From: an uncultured Flammeovirgaceae bacterium | GTDB taxonomy: Bacteria; Bacteroidota; Bacteroidia; Cytophagales; Cyclobacteriaceae | NCBI GenBank assembly: GCA_913050055.1 | Contig: CAJXAT010000002.1 | Coordinates: 23,633 to 63,632, forward strand | Direction: 5' to 3' | DNA length: 40,000 nucleotides | Part shown: positions 37,500 through 40,000 of the stretch, piece by piece | Position numbering within the stretch: position 1 is the stretch's first letter | How the letters are laid out: the number at the start of each line of letters is the position of its first letter | Notes under the pieces: model-generated | Told to the model about the DNA's origin: nothing | Seen by the model: only the letters and a program-made list of their open reading frames with translations | The model's database searches: none | Made by a program: the position numbers and the translations under genes

Positions 37500-37790
37500 C
37501 TAAAGGAATTTAACATCATCAATGATATCTATACCCACCTTTTTATGAATTAATTTTAAAACCTTAGCCTTTGACATGTTGAGCTCTTGTTTTAGTGGCG
37601 CTGAATTCATGTTAACATAGAGTGTCTTTTTTTTGATAAACATTCGAGCCGTACGACTCGCAATAGTAGGCCCCATGAGTTCCTGCCACATACCAATAAG
37701 TTTATGCTCATTGAGCTTCCCCTCGAGCTTTTCTTCTTTTAAATATTTACCAATAGCCTCTCGTAAGCTTTGGGTACGTTCATGTTTCAT
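37500..37790 (-). CDS. DUF721-family protein (the small protein commonly encoded after recF)
   Basis: 96 aa. It overlaps the recF 3' end by 11 nt. Its size and position are typical of the DUF721 partner of recF. Confidence 0.7.
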   Translation of the reverse strand: MKHERTQSLREAIGKYLKEEKLEGKLNEHKLIGMWQELMGPTIASRTARMFIKKKTLYVNMNSAPLKQELNMSKAKVLKLIHKKVGIDIIDDVKFL

Positions 37791-38892
37791 AACTGTTTAC
37801 CTTCCCATTTTCTATTTCAAATATTTTAGCATTATAATTGTCCTTCAAAAGCAAAGATGTCCTTTCTTTTCGAGCATCTGTGATAAATACTTGACCAAAT
37901 CTTACCGAATCGCTTAATAAATCTGTGAGCCTCTCAATACGCTCATCATCTAGTTTATCAAAAACATCATCCAAAAGTAACATCGGCTTTGTCTTCGTCG
38001 CTTTAGCCAAATAATCATATTGCGAAAGTCTTAAGGCAATTAGAAAACTTTTTTGTTGACCTTGAGATCCAAACTTTTTTAAAGGCTGCCCATCCATCAA
38101 AAAGGAATAATCATCCTTGTGTGAACCTACATTTGTACGTTGGCTTACAAGATCTTTCTTTCGACTTTCTAAAAAAGTACGCTCAAAATCCATTGCCAAT
38201 ACTTGAGATTGGTAAGTCATTGAACAGGTTTCGCGTTCAAAAACAATCAGCCCTTCATTGGCGCTCAAAAATGGAATGAACTTATTAACAAAATCTGAAC
38301 GTACCTGGCTCAAGCTTTTGGACAACGTAATTAATTGGGTATCATAAGTGTCCAAAAGAGAACTATTGGAGCCATTTAAATGACCCTCCATGCTCCTCAG
38401 CAATGTGTTTCTTTGACTCAAAATCCTATTATATACCATTAAATCAGCTAAATATTCTTGATTGTATTGGGCAATACAACCATCTATCCACTTTCTGCGA
38501 ACCTCGCTGGTTTCCCGTATCAAATCGCTATCATAGGGGGTGCTCAGTACTAAAGGTAATTTGCCAATGTGTTCAATGATCCTCTTGTAGGAAGACCCAT
38601 TGAGTTTGATTACCTTTTTTTTCCTCAAATCATGGTAACAAATCACTTCATGGTATTTTCCGTCATTTTCAAAATTCCCTTTTACAAGAAAATACAAGGC
38701 TCCTTTTCTAATATTCTGATTGTCTGTATTTACAAAAGCGGTCTTCGTGAAGGTCAAATAATGTAAGGCATCTAATAAATTCGTTTTCCCCATACCATTC
38801 TGACCGAGGAATAACTGAATCCCCTCAGAAAATTCCAAGGCCAAATTTTCGTAATTCTTAAAATTTTGAAGTGCAAGTGCTTTGATTTTCAT
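37780..38892 (-). CDS. recF: DNA replication and repair protein RecF
   Basis: N-terminus LALQNFKNY, Walker A GQNGMGKTNLLDA, SMC-like signature GSQGQQKS, Walker B LLLDDVFDKLD. Confidence 0.93.
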   Translation of the reverse strand: MKIKALALQNFKNYENLALEFSEGIQLFLGQNGMGKTNLLDALHYLTFTKTAFVNTDNQNIRKGALYFLVKGNFENDGKYHEVICYHDLRKKKVIKLNGSSYKRIIEHIGKLPLVLSTPYDSDLIRETSEVRRKWIDGCIAQYNQEYLADLMVYNRILSQRNTLLRSMEGHLNGSNSSLLDTYDTQLITLSKSLSQVRSDFVNKFIPFLSANEGLIVFERETCSMTYQSQVLAMDFERTFLESRKKDLVSQRTNVGSHKDDYSFLMDGQPLKKFGSQGQQKSFLIALRLSQYDYLAKATKTKPMLLLDDVFDKLDDERIERLTDLLSDSVRFGQVFITDARKERTSLLLKDNYNAKIFEIENGKVNSYET

Positions 38893-38896
38893 TAAA

Positions 38897-38927
38897 TTTG
38901 AGGAACAGTATATTTTAATTATTTTTG
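38897..38927 (+). promoter_or_regulatory. Candidate Bacteroidota-type promoter for pdhA (-33 TTTG / -7 TAnnTTTG)
   Basis: TTTG at 38897-38900, a 19-nt spacer, then TATTTTTG at 38920-38927. This spacing fits the published 19-21 nt Bacteroidetes sigma-A consensus. It is motif-only evidence. Confidence 0.4.
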
Positions 38928-38952
38928 CCCTCCTTAAATTGTTTAGGGCAAA
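38924..38952. promoter_or_regulatory. 8-bp inverted repeat TTTGCCCT-N13-AGGGCAAA overlapping the candidate -7 box
   Basis: 38924-38931 is the perfect reverse complement of 38945-38952. It could be an operator or a 5'-UTR hairpin. Confidence 0.35.
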
Positions 38953-38983
38953 TTAAAGAATTTTACATAAGAGCGCAGGAGGT

Positions 38984-40000
38984 ATGGCAGCGAAAACAAA
39001 AAAAAATAAAAAAGTAGGCTTTTCTAAAGAAACTTACTTGAGTTGGTATGAACAAATGTTATTCATGCGAAGATTTGAAGAAAAGGCGGGACAATTGTAC
39101 GGCCAACAAAAAATAAGAGGATTTTGCCACCTGTACATTGGCCAGGAGGCCTGTGCAGCAGGTTCAGTTTCTGCGCTTATCAAAGGGGATAAATACATTA
39201 CTTCTTACCGAGATCATGCTCACCCTATAGCCTTGGGGACGGATCCAAAATACATCATGGCAGAATTATTCGGTAAGTCAACTGGTGTCTCAAAGGGAAA
39301 AGGTGGATCGATGCACATGTTTGACAAGGAAGTCGGTTTTGTAGGCGGGCACGGAATTGTAGGAGGTCAAATTCCCTTGGGCGCAGGCCTTGGTTTCGCA
39401 GAAAAATATAAGGGTACGGGTAATTTGTGCATCTGCTATATGGGAGATGGAGCCGTAAGACAGGGGGCTTTTCACGAAGCATTAAATCTTGCCATGACAC
39501 AAAAAACTCCTGTTATTTTCGTTATCGAAAATAATGGATATGCGATGGGAACTTCTGTGGAAAGAACCTCCAATGTCACCGAACTTCATCAGTTGGGGGA
39601 AGCTTATGAAATCCCTTCTGCCGCAGTCGATGCCATGAGTGTTGAGGCGGTACACAATGCAGTTACAGAAGCGGCTTCACGCGCGCGTCGAGGTGATGGG
39701 CCCACCTTACTTGAATTCAGAACCTACAGATACAAAGGTCATTCTATGTCAGATCCAGCCAAGTATAGAACCAAAGAAGAAGTAGCTACTTACAAAGACC
39801 GTGACCCTATCGAACAAATAAAAAATGTGATATTAAATAAAAAATATGCGACTGAGAAAGTTCTCAAAGAAATGGACGTAAAACTAAAGGCGCGTGTGGC
39901 AGAAGCCGTTATTTTTGCCGAAGAATCTCCCTACCCTGATCCTTCAGATGCCTATCAAGACGTTTATGCAGAAAAGGATTATCCTTTTGTATTGGAGTAA
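38984..40000 (+). CDS. pdhA: Pyruvate dehydrogenase (acetyl-transferring) E1 component, alpha subunit
   Basis: TPP-binding block GDGAVRQGAFHEALNLAMTQKTPVIFVIENNGYAMGTS and the YRYKGHSMSDP phospho-loop-type motif. It is preceded by AGGAGG 3 nt from the ATG. The stop TAA falls on the last 3 bases of the window. Confidence 0.92.
   Translation: MAAKTKKNKKVGFSKETYLSWYEQMLFMRRFEEKAGQLYGQQKIRGFCHLYIGQEACAAGSVSALIKGDKYITSYRDHAHPIALGTDPKYIMAELFGKSTGVSKGKGGSMHMFDKEVGFVGGHGIVGGQIPLGAGLGFAEKYKGTGNLCICYMGDGAVRQGAFHEALNLAMTQKTPVIFVIENNGYAMGTSVERTSNVTELHQLGEAYEIPSAAVDAMSVEAVHNAVTEAASRARRGDGPTLLEFRTYRYKGHSMSDPAKYRTKEEVATYKDRDPIEQIKNVILNKKYATEKVLKEMDVKLKARVAEAVIFAEESPYPDPSDAYQDVYAEKDYPFVLE

Noticed and set aside
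1-40000. Search for CRISPR arrays, tRNA/rRNA genes, transposases, integrases, toxin-antitoxin pairs or defence-island gene sets.
   Set aside because: I saw no periodic repeat-spacer structure, no tRNA-like T-arm (GGTTCGA-type) motifs, and no ORF with recombinase, transposase or nuclease-defence hallmarks. The window looks like core housekeeping content.

Overview
This window looks like a core chromosomal segment of a Bacteroidota-type genome. It is moderately AT-rich and densely coded on both strands, with many 1-14 nt start/stop overlaps. The lineage call rests on a TonB-dependent receptor with a small lipoprotein partner, a cysteine-less L31, a fused 2-oxoacid dehydrogenase E1 alpha/beta, bshC/ypdA/ytxJ, and TAnnTTTG-type promoter boxes.

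I call 38 protein-coding genes, one decayed gene (comM/yifB), one convincing intrinsic terminator, a few short repeats and hairpins, and two very tentative small ORFs. I saw no rRNA, tRNA, CRISPR array, transposase, integrase or phage gene, so the region reads as housekeeping rather than accessory.

Functional themes:
- Thiol and redox chemistry: dsbD, ytxJ, OsmC, ypdA, bshC, lipA.
- Envelope: M23 peptidase, MsbA-like ABC exporter, gmhA, GH3, a TonB-dependent receptor with its lipoprotein partner.
- Cofactor and translation housekeeping: hemC, ispF, rimO, mnmD, rpmE, holB, recF, and two 2-oxoacid dehydrogenase E1 genes.

Nothing here is a clear-cut novel system. The items most worth a second look:
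1. comM carries three independent lesions, including a perfect 7-bp tandem duplication and a nonsense codon at the Walker-B glutamate.
2. A 924-bp gene-free, homopolymer-rich region upstream of the TonB-dependent receptor holds a diverged ~63-bp direct repeat and overlapping small ORFs.
3. A translationally coupled trio encodes a ceramidase-fold protein, a D-Ser-dehydratase/D-Thr-aldolase-type PLP enzyme and a GH3 hydrolase.
4. Bacillithiol genes sit in two places, each linked to an unexplained partner.

All family assignments come from motif recognition by eye. No database search was run.
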